This document shows, piece by piece, positions 11,005 through 24,968 of a stretch of DNA of 64,000 nucleotides. The DNA is taken from NCBI RefSeq assembly GCF_009914755.1, contig NC_060934.1; one strand, 5' to 3'. The position numbers and the translations under genes are program-made. Under the pieces are notes generated by a model. That model saw nothing but the letters and a program-made list of their open reading frames with translations. It searched no databases and had not been told where the DNA came from. The DNA is from the human T2T-CHM13v2.0 reference genome, Homo sapiens. How positions within the stretch are numbered: the first letter of the stretch is position 1; the number at the start of each line of letters is the position of its first letter.

Positions 11005-14000
11005 CTATAGAAAAAGACGGTGATTCAGAAAGTTGCAGAAACAAACACAAATTCTGTGCAGTCTCCATAGGTTTATGATCACATTGAGGATATTAAAAAT
11101 CTAGAGTCAACTTTCAGTTGTCCAGTGTGTGGAAGGCTCCAATCTGCGACTTCTCCTGTTCATTCAGCAGGAGGTGGGCAAGAGGTAAAAAAAACCCAGC
11201 GTGACTGTCTTTTCTACAGTTAATCATCTACTTCCCAGACAAAAAAGAGGCTCCTGACTGTTGACTCTTTAACATTCTCCTTTGATTTTTGCTACCATGA
11301 AGGTTTTAGCGGGGAGAGCTACAAGGTTTAGGAAATGCCTTTTAAATTTCCTTTACCCATCTGTATAATCTTCATCTTTATTTCTTTAATCCCCATTGCC
11401 TATGCATTAGCACCTCAAAAGCTTATTATTTAGATCAAAGCAGACTTAGGAAGGAGCTAGTCTATCTTGAATTTTATCCAAAAAAAAAAAAAAAAAGGCT
11501 ACAGTCAAGGTAATTTCACTTTCCCTTTAAATAGCATATTTCACCCATATCCCAAAGACCTGTTTGTTGTTTTTCTTTCAATTAAAGAGCACAGTCCCTT
11601 TCTAGAATACATAAGGTATTTTTTTTATGAGTTTCTCAGTTTCCCACTGGCTAGATTCTGGATAGAATGGGAAAAATGCACCTTTATCAACTCAGGAATA
11701 TTCATGGAGGAAACCTCACCCGTTTAATCTCATCCTTTTCCACAACACGAATTGGGATGGCCTTTGGAAAAAATTTAAGAAGGGGAAACGAACACCTTGA
11801 ATGCACGCAGGGTGTGCAGGGGTAAACAAGGTTAGACACATTACTATTTTCCTATTGCTGCTGCGGGTCCTGCAGCAGGAACAGAAGGCCTCCGGGAGGA
11901 ACTTCCTCCTGAAGCCTCTCACCCATTCACCTGGAGGAGCCAGGAGTGGGTTTGGATTCTGTGGAGTTTCTCATCTTCCTCACTTTCCCCCATAGCTTTG
12001 AATGTCCATGAAGCGGTTACCCCAAGCTTGGAATAATGGACTCCATGAGTAGAAAGAGCCCTAATTCCAGACAATTTCATGATCTATTCTCAATTCTCCG
12101 TTGCTGTTAATTAACCGCGGGGGTCCATGGTTTTGCCCCGTGCTGTGCAGGTGCCTCATGGGACGTCATCCCCGCCACCACTGCTCTGGCACAGTGCTGG
12201 GCCCAAGAGCAGAAGAGAAAACACAAAGTGATGGTCAAGATCATTCATCAGAGGAGGAAGCTCAAGAGTCTTAGGAGGGAAACAGACACCTCGTGGTTAT
12301 AAAGCAGTTCGGCCCGGACATGACTGGGGAGTGGCTGGGTCAAAGAGTAGAGGCCTGATTAAATACTAAAAAATCAAACACCAAAGTTTAGTTGGCCAAA
12401 GAATGGCCAAACTAAAACCTTTCCAAGGCATTTTTATGCCAGCCTCTTTCTCTTAGTCAGATCCCTGTTGATGTTGGAGGGGCCAAGATGACCTGAAACC
12501 GAACAAATTTAAAGCCGAAGTAGCCATTTGCAGAAAATGACTTCTTACTTTGGGACAGCCGAAAATGTCTGAAAACATGAGTAATGTGTCTTACAGCAAA
12601 CAGCATAGAACAAATGTTGCAAGACCCGCTTCCTTATGTGGTACATTGTACTTTTATGCATGTACGCTGTGTGAACAAGAGGGTTAAAAGTTAAACAGTT
12701 GCCTAGGGCGAAAGGAAAACGCACTGCACAGGTAGGGAATGAGCTTCTTGACTTCCTAACTATTACTATATGTCTTTAGCAGGAACTCACAGGCACCAGT
12801 GTGCAAAAATGTCTTTCCTTAAGGTGCTGGGTATTATGAAATTGGGCTGTTTTAATGTCTGAAATAGACATCTGACCTTTAATCCAAAGTCATAAATTTA
12901 TCATTGTCTGAAATTGGTGGACTACCATTCTTATTAAGGCCAGTTTTTAGGATTTAGCATTTACAGAATACTTGGTCTCCAGTGTATGAAAAGAGACGTG
13001 AAATTCACCGGGGTGCCCTGGAAAACGGTTGAATAAAAAGGAATTAGCTATTTTGAAGCCGAGACATGGTTCCATTGCTGAACGAACTAACAAAGGCAAG
13101 AGAGAAACAATGACGGGTAAGATCAAGTTAGTCTATATTTCATAAGATGGTAAATACCTAGAAGTCATGTTTATGTATAATGAATTACAATCCTTCCACA
13201 TTTACCTTAGTAACATTTTACAGGGGTTGTATTTTACTCCCAACGACCAATTATGTCATCATTCTGGCATTTACCTGGACATAATGATACACAGAAACCC
13301 ATTCTTGTAACATAATTCATTGCTTAAAAGTGTTTGTAAAGTCACACGGCATTCTACACACACATAATGACTCGGATATTGCTATTAAATTTTACTGATT
13401 GAAGTTTAGTAAACCTCAAAAATCTTACGTTAGTTTCTGTGTATCTTATTAATCCTAAAGGAAAAGATGTTCAGCTATTTAAATGTCAATAAATGTGTAA
13501 CCCTGTAAAAAGCAGACATTGTATATTCCGTGATACAATACCTCACCTACAATTTTAATGGAAGATAGAGACTTGCTGTTTTAACTGTTAAAGGCAGGTC
13601 ATTTAGACTTTCACTGCTACCCCCATATTATGTCATCTATTAAAATATGAAAATACACTAAAAAAGCATGCACGTACACACCTTCACACCTCATACTCTC
13701 ATACCCCAGGTCCCTTTCCTTGACTCGTTAAACTGAGTAAAGAAACCACAACTGTACCATTGGTTTGCATTCATTCATTTTAATTTAGATTTGAGAAAAA
13801 ACAAGAAGTCAAATCCTTTTATAAGCTTGTGAGGTCACCAAATTTAAATTATGCCTCCGCCTATAAAGCACATTAATAAAAGTACTATACAGAGGGAAAT
13901 TTAATATGAATGGTTAAAATGCATGGAATTCAGATTTTACTGTCAAACAGCTCAATTAAACAAATTGAATTTTTAAGCAACAAAAGGGAATTGAATCAAA

Positions 14001-14865
14001 TTAGGAACAGAGTGTGATGTGAAATGTGGACCTTTATGAGGAGCGCCAGCCCCTCCAGCATGAAGCCTTCTTTATTTGTTGCCTCGGCAGTTAGAGGAGG
14101 CTGGCAGAACCGCATCACAACAGGATAAAAATGTTCACCATTGAAACACAGTTTTTGGCTCCCAATAAATCATCTGTCACTTCATCACAGCCCAGTAGAT
14201 AATGAGCAATAAAGTTTTCACACTCAGGGAATGAGGACACAGACACAAGAAATACAGCTGAAGCCGTAAGTCTGGCTCTGCTGTGAGTGGAAAGTGCTTT
14301 GTATAAGAAATGACCCTAAGATTTCCTCCAAACAAGAACACAGCATCTGTACAATACACAATTTGCCACATTAAAAATTAAATTGCATTTATTAGGAACT
14401 TTAATGACAACAGTATGTTGAGGTTGATATATTAAAGCACAATGTTGATCCAGAAATAGCTCTGTGCTCAAAACCAGCAACGCAGGGTGGTCTATACAAT
14501 GAGTCACTATAATTTTTACTGGCATTATTTTAAATGTTTATGTGCATACACTATTCCCCATTGGTATTTAAATACTGCTAATGTATCTGTAATTCCAAAA
14601 TAATTTTTATTTGGATGGGTTTCTCTATGCCCCCATCCCCATAAAATTCAATTGAAAAGAAAAAAAGTCTGAGCTATTGATTCCAAAATCATATGCTGGT
14701 GTATTTCACAGATGCAATCCATTTGCAGATGTTCTACAAAGGTTTCACCACAATTACCTTGAATTGTTTCTGACTTTTATTCACCCATCTCTGCAACCTG
14801 CATGTGGGTGGTCCACTCCATAACCAGAAACAACGAGACAGGAAATGAACCAGAGAATATGGGAA

Positions 14866-14967
14866 AGAGAAAAAAAGAAGAGAAGAAGGAGGAAGGGAGG
14901 GAGGGAAAGAAGGAGGGAGGGAGGGAAGGAAGGAAGGAGGGAGGGAAGGAAGGAAGGAAGGAAGGGA
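14866..14967. repeat. (GGAA/GGAG)n purine-rich microsatellite
   Basis: Directly visible. Confidence 0.95.
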
Positions 14968-17900
14968 GTCTCAGTGTCACATCAGTTACACTGAATAAAA
15001 TGTTTCATTAAAAATGCACTCTGAAACTGGTGCCATTGAATCTGGGGCAGTAAGATGACCCTCAAAACATATCTTTCTTGCAGTGGTAGCCAGATGGTGG
15101 GTCAGGCACTGGAGGGTGCCAACATCTGCTGGGACAGGAGCTGGCTTCAGGGCACGGGAAGGAGGGAAGAGCCATCCTGCCTTTTGTTACAGGAGCTTTG
15201 CCATTGGCTCTCATTGCTGAAATGTGTATGAGGCAACAACCTCATGGTTCTCTGAGGGGTTCCAGACCCCAGTTTCCAGAGGCCCAGTGGTGTGGCTCAG
15301 CAGGGATGAGATCTCAAGGCCAACGCGAGTTCTTGCGTGGTTCCTGTCTCACAACCCCTGAGACTCACCACCCATTGGGAGGGCATCCAGCCTTCACATT
15401 GCCCCCGACGGCCCAAGGGAGGGTGGAGGGGGGCTTCCTGCACAAGGATGCCAGGCTGCACAGTTGGAGCATGATGTGAGTTGTGAACCCCAACTTCTGC
15501 TTTCCAAAGTCCACCTCCTGGGATCCAAAGTCCACCTCCTGGGATAGGTCACATCACAATCCTTATGGAAAATGGAAAAATAAACTACCAATTATAAATA
15601 AAACTCTCAGTGGGAGGTGTTGCTTGTTTCCCAGTTGGGGTGAACCAATTGCAGCCTGATAGCACTGCTTTGAACTAAAGAGAGCAGGAGAGTCTGAACG
15701 GCCCATCCCAGATGTTCTCACCGTATGGGGTGGGTTCAACAGGATGACTGTGCCCTGTCACACACTGCTGACCCAGGACCCAGGACACGGAGCAGGCAGG
15801 AAGCTCCAGAGGTGGGTCTCAGAGAGGCTGAGAAAACACTCTCTCTCCTCCAAGCTGGTGGCTGTGCCATTCACTCAATGATGGTTTATGGAAAGATGAC
15901 TGCAAACGGGGTGCAAATCACAGGAACTCTAAGACATCCATCCAACCCCAAATCTAGAATTCCCCTACCTAATTTCACATCTGTTCTATAAAAGTTTCTC
16001 CATCTGATAGAACTACAAATTTTAATGAACGCTTCTTGATCTTATTAACGTGTGTAAAACTATAATCAAACAACAAATTATAGCACTTTGCAATTGAAAG
16101 ATATTAAACTAACGCTACGTGCTTCAGAAAAAAATTACAGATATGTAAATAAATGCAAATACAGATTTCCTTACTGTATTTTGTGCCTACTTTCTGAGAA
16201 AGGCAAGTCACTTAAAATCTTTATTTCTCAGTTGTATTCGTTAAAATAATGCATGTTAATTATATTCTGACATTCATCTGACAAATAACTGATAAGTTAC
16301 ACAATGTAACTACTAATAATCCATGCAGCCCATTTTATTATCTTATGAAATTAGAGATCGAACATTGATTATGACTAATAGGGGATTTCATCCAATAAAG
16401 ACAGCACATGAAGAGAAGTATATAAAAATTGGGTAGCTGGCTTTTGAATAGCTAAAAGGAGCTGTGTTAAATCATTAATTAACAAAGATGAATGCTCTGG
16501 GTGAAGATGGTAATAGTTGTACTTTTTTAGACCAGAGATGAATTATTTATTTCTACCCTAGCTATACCATAGAGTGCATGCAGAGTTTGTTTAGCAACAA
16601 TAGTAGAAATATATTTGCTACAGGGGCAGCCTGGTAATACTGCTTGTTAAGGCATGCTATTTGTAAGCAAATTTATATGAAAAGTATGCCATGTCTAATA
16701 CTAAACTACTCCAGCCTCAGACTGAAGGGTGATTTCACAAACGTCCTGCAGCACTCCATCATCCCTTCATTTTAATGTCTTTATTTTATGATTTTGTTGA
16801 TGAAATACTACTTACTCAGTGCTCAAAATCCCTTTTAGGCTGCAGGCACTGGCTAGTTGACATGGCAAGCTATATTTTACGGCCATATATTTCAGCTCTC
16901 TCTGTCCAAGTTGGAGGACACAGTAGCCAAGATGGTTTTTCATCGTAGAAAGATATTTTCATATTTATTTATTGATTTGACTAATGTATCTATTTTTCAA
17001 TTCACATGCTTATGTTTCAATCCATTAAAGTGATTCATGGTCAAATAATATGTTATTGCAAGTACAAAGAGGAGATAAAAACCACTGCACATTTGCTATA
17101 ACACAAGAACAAAAATAATAAAAAAAAGCATTGCATGATTAAATATAGTTTTAATCCCCAAAAGATCAAAACTAAAATGATGTTTTTAATTATTTCACAA
17201 AAAGGCATAAAATAAAAGTTTTTTGAAAAAGTAGGATGCAATTGCCTATGAAATCAGTTTCCCAGTAATAAATATTTTGTGGATGTTTCTTAACAAGATT
17301 AAGTACTCACTACAGATTTAGCATCAGGCATGAAATTAACAACAAAATAAAAACTAAAACAGGTTTCCGTTATTCAGCAGGAGAAGGCTAAGATGGTGAA
17401 GCTGACCAGCCCCAAGGCATAGGAGCTCTGTTCACCAAGTGCCTTGCTAAGACCTACATCGTGCGGCTGTGTTGTTAGGATCCTAGGTTTTTGGGTGAAG
17501 ATAGCCAAGCACACCTGCTTTCCTACTGGGGAGCCGGGCTGCGCCTAGCCAAGCCTTGAGATGGCCCTTTCTGTTTGGCTCCAAAGGGCTCCTCAACTGC
17601 AGAAGGTTGAGGAGAAAATGCTGCAGGGCTGTTGCTTCTCAGCACCTGTCTCCCCGAGGTCTCATAACAAACTTCGTTTTCCAGGAATGTTTGTCTAAGA
17701 ACTCTGCAGTTTTGCAATGATTAAAACACACACATACTCACCCATGTGCACGTGTGCATGCATGTACTGTGTGTGCGTGTTTGGAGAAGGAGTATATTAT
17801 TTCAGGACACACTACCTTGCTAAGCCATTCTGCTTAAATATAGAGGGTGAATTCTTCAGAGGGGCATAGAGAAGTGCAAAGCCTAAACTAGCTCAAGACA

Positions 17901-18924
17901 AGAGAGGAAGCCAATTGATTCTCAGAGCAACTACTGAGTATCTGCCCCAGGAACAATCAAGCCTCATGGTCAATGAGCTGTCATGGAAACAGAAAACTGA
18001 CAATAGAGTGTGGTAAAAGAGCAGCCACCTCTCCCAAGAAGAATGGGGGAAAGCAATTGACACTGAAGGCAATGGACGTTTTAAGGTAGGATTTAAAGGG
18101 GAAGTCAAATTTTACGAAGGAGTTGGGAAAACCTTCAAGGCAGAGAATACAGGGCTGTGAGGGTTCTGGCTCCCTGTGGAGGGTGTGATGTCCATCATGG
18201 CAAAGCGGGAGGCGCCTGACCAGGCAAGGGCAGGGCACAGCAGGTCAATGCCAAGGCCAAGGTGTTACGACACTTCAGTCAATATCCTAAGGCTATTCAC
18301 TGCTCATCTGCCGTCTGCAAGGCACTGTGCTGAAAGAGCTGGGTTTAGCCTCCTGTCTGTCCAAAATATTTTCTGCAGAACTGGCCAGACCTTAGCTGCC
18401 TTTCAAAGAAATCTGGAAATAATAAAATTACTACTGGTGGTATGGAGAAGGGCTGTATCTCATTATTATCATCGCATGGGGTCCTCTCCCACCTAGCCTC
18501 TGCTCTTTTTCACAGCCTAACCCAGGAGGCCTATATTACAAGTGCAGAAGCAAGGACCTCCCCGTTGGCTGCTCACTCTAAGACAGGTGCCTCTTGCTCC
18601 TGAGGCTGGGGTTAGGATCAGGGGATGTCCCATGGCAAACTGACGCATTCTTCCAGAAAGGACTCCTGAGCCTGTGTGTGCAAGAACAGAAACTGCAGAT
18701 GAAATTCATGCCCTTTTAGTGTTTGCATGCTATAGAATTGGAGAACATTTGAAAGATTTAGCCAGGAACCTGGGAGATGCCTGAAACAGCCTTTCTAAGC
18801 ATGTCCAGGGGTAAACTGAGCTCAGATCTTGCTCCCTGTCATGCCTATCTGCCCCAAACCAGGTCAGCTGTTCTTCCCTGGTCTGCAGAACTTAGAACGG
18901 CCTTCCTGCTCCCTGCTGTCTTCC

Positions 18925-19025
18925 AGGTGTGTCTCTCTTCACTAGACTGTGAATTCCTAGGCTGAAGGAGCTGCATCATGCACAGGACACAGGAGATATG
19001 CAATATATTAAAGAATGAATGAAAT
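18925..19025 (+). mobile_element. L2 3' tail
   Basis: actagactgtgaattcct...gcaatatattaaagaatgaatgaa. Confidence 0.6.
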
Positions 19026-19089
19026 GCCCCGTTCTCTGGAAGCTATCCTGGAATCAAGATTGCAGGAATTTAAGAATAAGAAGAAGAAA

Positions 19090-19955
19090 AATAAAAAGTA
19101 CTCACAATCCCATGGTCAAGAAACATCCATTTTAACATTTTGGCACATTTCCTTTCTACCTTTTTCCATGAGAATTCACACTTTTAAAATTAATCTTTGG
19201 ATCAAGCCATTCATACTGTTATATTTCCTGCATTTTACACTAAATATTTTATAACAAATAGTTTTTCTAACTTTTTCTCATAACAATCTTGAGTGGTTGC
19301 CTAGAATATCGTGGTATGAACGTACCATGAATATACCACTGTTTGCATTTTTTTTCCATCATTAAAGATGCTGCATCAAAAATCTCTGAAGCCAAGTCTT
19401 TCTAAACATCTATAATTAATTCCATAGGATAAATCTTAAAGTGGAATTTAAAATACCATGAAATCTTTAACCAACAGACTGTACGAACATGCTTTACCTT
19501 TATCTGTGTCCATTATCCAATACTCTCCCAGCATCAGATATTACCATTAAAATGTTTTTATAATTAAAATTTTATATAAGCTATTTTATAAGTAAAACAA
19601 TATTTTTATTTGCATTTTATTACTGGGCAAGTTTAGAGATTTTATGCTTATTGGCCATTTATATTTCTCCTCTTTAATTACTCTTTTAAATCTTCTGCAT
19701 ATTTTTTCTTTCCATACTTTAATTTTTTATTTAATATTTATTAGTTTGTTATTTTAACTGCAGAGAAGCATAAGGAAGAAAGCTAAACTTCTTCATAGTC
19801 TCACCCCAATGATCTCTATTGACTTTAAAAAAACAAAATATGTAGATATTAGAAAATTCAACAGCATGCCTTCTTTCTAATCTCAAAACCAACTCCAGTT
19901 CCTCTTTCGAAAGATTGTCACTGAAAATACTGTCGTTTTCTACCATATAAACCAC

Positions 19956-19992
<37 letters not shown>

Positions 19993-22900
19993 ATGGAGAG
20001 AGAGAGAGAGCTCTTTACCTTGCTTTCATAGTTAATAACATAGATTAGAGATTTTCTCATATAACCACAAACCATATTATTTTCCCAACTGCATAGTATC
20101 TATCATATAGATGTACCAGAATTTATTTAACCATTCCCCATGCTGGACACATTGATCGTCTTTATTTGGGTCTTGTTACCTTAACAATACCACAGTACCA
20201 GAACGAAAATACTGGTGTGTGTGCATGTGCACATGAGTGCAGAGAGAGAGAAAGAAGGAAAGAGGCCTTTGTGAGTACCAGGACAAATTCCTAATGATGA
20301 GGGTTTGCAGCTTATATTTGTCTTAGTGACTAAAAGAATTCTTTATAAATTGAAGATGTTAACACTGGAATTGTAATATAAGTTGCAAAAATTTCATCAT
20401 AATTTATTATTTGCATTATAATTTTTTAACTTGGAAGTGCATTTTTGGAAATTCAAATCTATGTGCTTTTCTTTCTTAGTTTCTACATGTGATACCACAC
20501 TTTAAAAAGCTTTTGTCACAGTAAGAGTAGATAAACTTCTACATAGATGTTTTCTAGTACTAATGTAGATCTATTCTTAAGCTTAAAATATTCATCTTTC
20601 TGGTACCTATTTTTGGTTTCATTGTAAGGTAGAGATCTAATTTTTTTTTCAAATGCTTAACTAGTTACCCTAAACTGTTGACCAATTAACCTATCCTTTT
20701 CTTACTCCTCTAAAATGCCATCTTTATTGTATACTCCATTATTTATGCCTCTTTCTGAAATTTCTTTTCTGTTCTATTGATTCATTTATCCCCACACCAA
20801 AAGCACATTGTCTTAATCACGCCAGTATTTTAATATCTAGTAGGTCAAGTCCTCTCTCATTATTCTTATTTTTCAAAATTTTCTTGGCTCTTCTCAGCCA
20901 TTTATTTTTCCAGATGAACTTTAAAAACATTTTGTTAAGTTCCACCCCAAATCTCACTGGGACTAGAACTGGCTATTCATTGAATTTGTGGATGAATTAG
21001 GCGAAAGTTAACATCTGCACTACTAAATCTTCTCATACGGGAATATTATTCTTTATATTCATTTAAGTCTTTTTTTCCTCTCCCTTGGCAAAGTTTTAGA
21101 TATTTTAATACTCTTCTAGGACATTTTGTAAGTTTATTCAGACATATCTTACATTTCAGTTGCTAGTATAAATAAGGTCTTTTTGTTATTATATGTTTTC
21201 AGTTGTTTATGTAACATCAAAATCCATTGTTTTCTGCACAGTAGTTTAATATTAGTTAAAATATTTAGTCTTAGTTAATATTATTAAAAATTAGCTAATC
21301 TTAATATGTTTTCATTGATTCCCTTAAGTTTCATAAATAGAGTCACATCAACTACAAACAATGCTAATTTTATCTCCTCCATTCTAGCCTTTGTGGGTCA
21401 CTTTTCTTACATTTTTAAAGAAATTCTCTAAAACTTACAAGTAGCCTTTTAAAATAGCTTTCATGGCGTTTCATCTTGTGTTGTTGCTAACTGCAGAGGA
21501 CATGATCCTAGAGAAATCTGGAAAGTGGAGGGATGGTCTTATATCAATATTGTTTTCATGTTAAAGAAACATCCTTTTTTTCCTTGTTATTATTATCCAG
21601 AACAAATGTTAAATTTCACCAAATAACTCTTCTGCATTAAACAAGATGTTCATGTGTGCTTTTTCCAGTGCCCTAAAAAAGTTAATAGGTGCTACCAGGT
21701 ATCTTCGGATGATTCCTTGTTGCATACTGGGAGTACTATTAAATAGCCACAGGACATCATTCTCATGTTTGGAATCTCAAGTCAGAAAAGTTTGAGTTCA
21801 AATCTCAGTTCTACTACTTCCTGATTGTATGACAATGAGCAACTCCCTTGACTTGCCCAGGCCATGGGACCTTCCAGAATATTCCATGAGATCTACTGCA
21901 CAAGCACATGCTCCACTTATGTGAATGTTAGTCATCATTTTGAATAACCTCCTCCTTTCATTATGCTCAAAATTAATTTAAGATGTTCATATCTATTTTC
22001 ATAGGTTAAATTGATTTACGGTGGGTTTAAAAATATCTTTATCTAGCTTTGACATCAAATATCTTCTCATTTTAACAAATTGAATTGAAAAGATTTCCTC
22101 CTTTTCTCTGCCCAGGAATTAATTGTAGCTTGGAAGTTGGAAAGAAGTGAAAATCCCATTTGAAACCAGTGGTGATTGTTAGTTTCGAGTGGTAGAGGGG
22201 AAATTGCTTTGTAGTGTTGGGCTTTAGTTTCAGATGGTGAAAGAGTCTATTCAGGTTTTTCTGTCTTACGTTGATCATCATCTCTGCATCTAGTCATATA
22301 TGTTCCTGCAGCCAACACTGTGAATGGGAAAGTGATTTTTGCATTTTATTTTGCTCTTATTAATGGGAAGATATGCTCCTTTTTTTGTCTTTTCAAAAAA
22401 CCAGCAGTCAATTTTATTCACCAAACATTGTTTAATGTTTCTATAACATTCTAATAGGTAATTCTATTCTTATCACCTCCTTTCTCCTACTATTCTCAGG
22501 TCAACTTATGCGATTTTTGTGTCTCCTTGAGTGGAATGGTGTTTTTTATTGTTGATAATATTAAAAACATTAACAGCCACACATTTGCATATTGATACAG
22601 CTGTGGCCACATCCCATGAGGCTTCTTATGTCCCATGCTCATATTATTTATTTCAATAACTGTAATTGAGGTTTGTTTCTTTTTCCCATTTTTACTGACC
22701 TATCTTTTCCATTCATGGGAAAATATTTTTAATTTCCAAGTAGTTGTTTTGTTGATATTGTTTTATAAACTGCTATTATTTTTCTGCATTGCCATGACAG
22801 ACTGTGTCCATATAGTCCTTTTGGGGGAATATATGGATGTTTTCTTTTAGAACATGTGATAAATTTCTAAATGTTCTATGGACATTTAAAAATAGTGTCT

Positions 22901-23105
22901 ATTTTTGGGAGGTATAAACTTTATTATATATTAATTATACTATTAATATTCCATATACTAATTATATTATTGAAATTTCTTACATCATATAATATTTTTC
23001 ACTTGATACTAACAAGAAGTGTCAAACTCCCCCACTAAAATGGTACTTTTGTCACTCACAAATATCTACCAATATTTCCTTGATCTGTAGTCACTATTAA
23101 CATCT
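19090..23105 (-). mobile_element. Old L1M (L1ME-like) ORF2 and 3' region, antisense, fragmented
   Basis: T-rich; ttccagatgaactttaaaaacattttgttaagttcc...ttcattgaatttgtggatgaattagg; gctgtggccacatcccatgag. Confidence 0.8.
19959..20010. repeat. (CA)n plus (GA)n microsatellite
   Basis: Directly visible. Confidence 0.95.
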
Positions 23106-23112
23106 AATGCTC

Positions 23113-24173
23113 TGTGCTATTAGAGTTTATATTCATTAGACTGAAGCAGGTCACCCAGGAAACATGGAGAAACAACTTCCTTCTGTCTCCACCTACACCA
23201 GTCACTCCAAGGCTGCTTCTTCTCTGTTCTCCAGACTCAATCTAGGGCAAGTCCTATGACGTTTCTGGCATTCTTAGGTAAGAGCAAATCCCCTGGTCAC
23301 TTCTGGTTACAAAAATAGCTTCAGTTCAGAGACTCATCTGTCCAGTGTAATATTTTCACCCTCCTAGCTTCACATAAAATGAAAGCCGATCCTTCCCACA
23401 GCTCACACCTACCGCAGACAGAGCCTGGAGTCAGTGCCCCTGCCTCCTTCTTTCTGCTCTGCCAGCTCCTCCCCTGTCCCCCCAACCCCCAGGCCTGCTG
23501 CCATCTGCCCACTCCAGGGATCAAATGAGGGAGGAGGGAGAGGGGAAGGGATTATAGCCCTGGCACCTCCAGGCTTCAGGTCTCAATCTCTCCTTTCTCC
23601 TCCTTATCTTCCTCCTTCCCTTCTCTCTCTCTCTCTCCAACACCGGGGGTCAATCACCTTTAAGCACCTCTCAGCCAGGACCTCGACCTAAAGCCTGGGC
23701 CATGGCAAAACAGCCGGTTAGCCCCATGCCCAGTGGCTGCAGTCACTCCTAACCGCAGCCCTCCTTTCATTAACTGCCTGGCAGGGCGCGGCAGCCACAG
23801 CCTTTCACCCTTTGGAGCTCCAAGGCTGCAGCCAGCCTTCAGGCCCTAAGCTGCAGGGGCCACACAGCAAGTTCCCAGGAGCCTCTCCCCGAGGGCTTGA
23901 GAAGAAGCCCACACTGGCACAAAGGTTAGGGAGGAACCCACAGCAACCAACAATTCTCTCCAGAGAAATAACCTTCTAATCCCCCTCCCCTCTCGCCATC
24001 ATGGACCTTTAATTCCCCAAGAGCCGGAAAACTGGGTTTTGACCACCCTGTTTGCACTTCCTGCACAGGTGGGCTGACCCCTCACTTTTGGAAAGCAGGA
24101 ACCGGCAGTCCCACATCCTGGGGCCTCAGCCAACTCTGAGACTAAACTAGTTTCACGTTACCAACCTCTTACA
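23113..24173 (-). mobile_element. ~1.06-kb GC-rich insert within the L1M, probably an old solo LTR (family uncertain)
   Basis: Abrupt GC increase between AT-rich L1 segments; TG...CA ends; no clear TSD. Confidence 0.45.
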
Positions 24174-24174
24174 A

Positions 24175-24500
24175 AATTCATCATTAGTCATAATGGATGC
24201 CAATACAAAATATATATCCTTATTCCATTTAACGACTTTTTCATTTTATTGCCATATTAATTCATTCTGGTATGCAGTAGACTTGTATATTTTTAGCCAC
24301 CATGTAGTCTTATATATGGTTGGATTATCTCCTTTTATTTAGACTTAAATCTTTGCCTTTTAATGCAGTAATTTATTCCATTCCTATTTATTAGAATAAT
24401 AGATGTATTAGGTCTTCTGCCAGCTATATCATGCTACCTTTATATTTGATTTTTCTGTCATTGTCGTCTGTCTTGTGCTTTGCTGATCAAGTTCCCCTGG
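24175..24500 (-). mobile_element. Continuation of the old L1M
   Basis: taatttattccattcctatttattagaataatagatgtattagg (ORF2 5' region, antisense). Confidence 0.55.
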
Positions 24501-24542
24501 CATATATACATAAACATATAAAAATATTTTGAACATTTTGTC

Positions 24543-24968
24543 TGTTATATAAGTTTTTAGGGCTGCCATAATAAAGTACCACAAACTGAGTGGCTTAAAT
24601 CCATATAAGTTTATTATCTCACAGTTCTGGCAGCCAGAAGTCTGAAATTAAGGTATCAGCAGGACCAGGGTCCCTCCAAAGCCTCCAGGGGAAGATCTCT
24701 CTTTGCCTCTTCTGAAGTCTGTAAGCCCCGGGTGTCTTTAAGTTGTGGAAACATCATTCCAATAGCTGCCTCTGGCGTCACACTGCATTCTTTCAAGAAC
24801 ACCAACTGTATTGGATTAGGGGCTCACCCTTCTTCATTATGATCTCACCTTAACAAATTACATCTGCAACAGGCTTATTTCCAAATAAGGTTGCCTTCTG
24901 AGGTATTGGGGCTTAGAAATTGAACATTTTGGGTGGGGGGCGGTGGCAACACAATTCAACCCATAGCA
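24543..24968 (-). mobile_element. MLT1B/C MaLR LTR
   Basis: agggctgccataataaagtaccacaaactgagtggcttaaa...acacaattcaacccatagca. Confidence 0.9.

Noticed and set aside
14777-15011. PSFL-repeat and KEG-repeat ORFs
   Set aside because: Translation of the GGAA microsatellite
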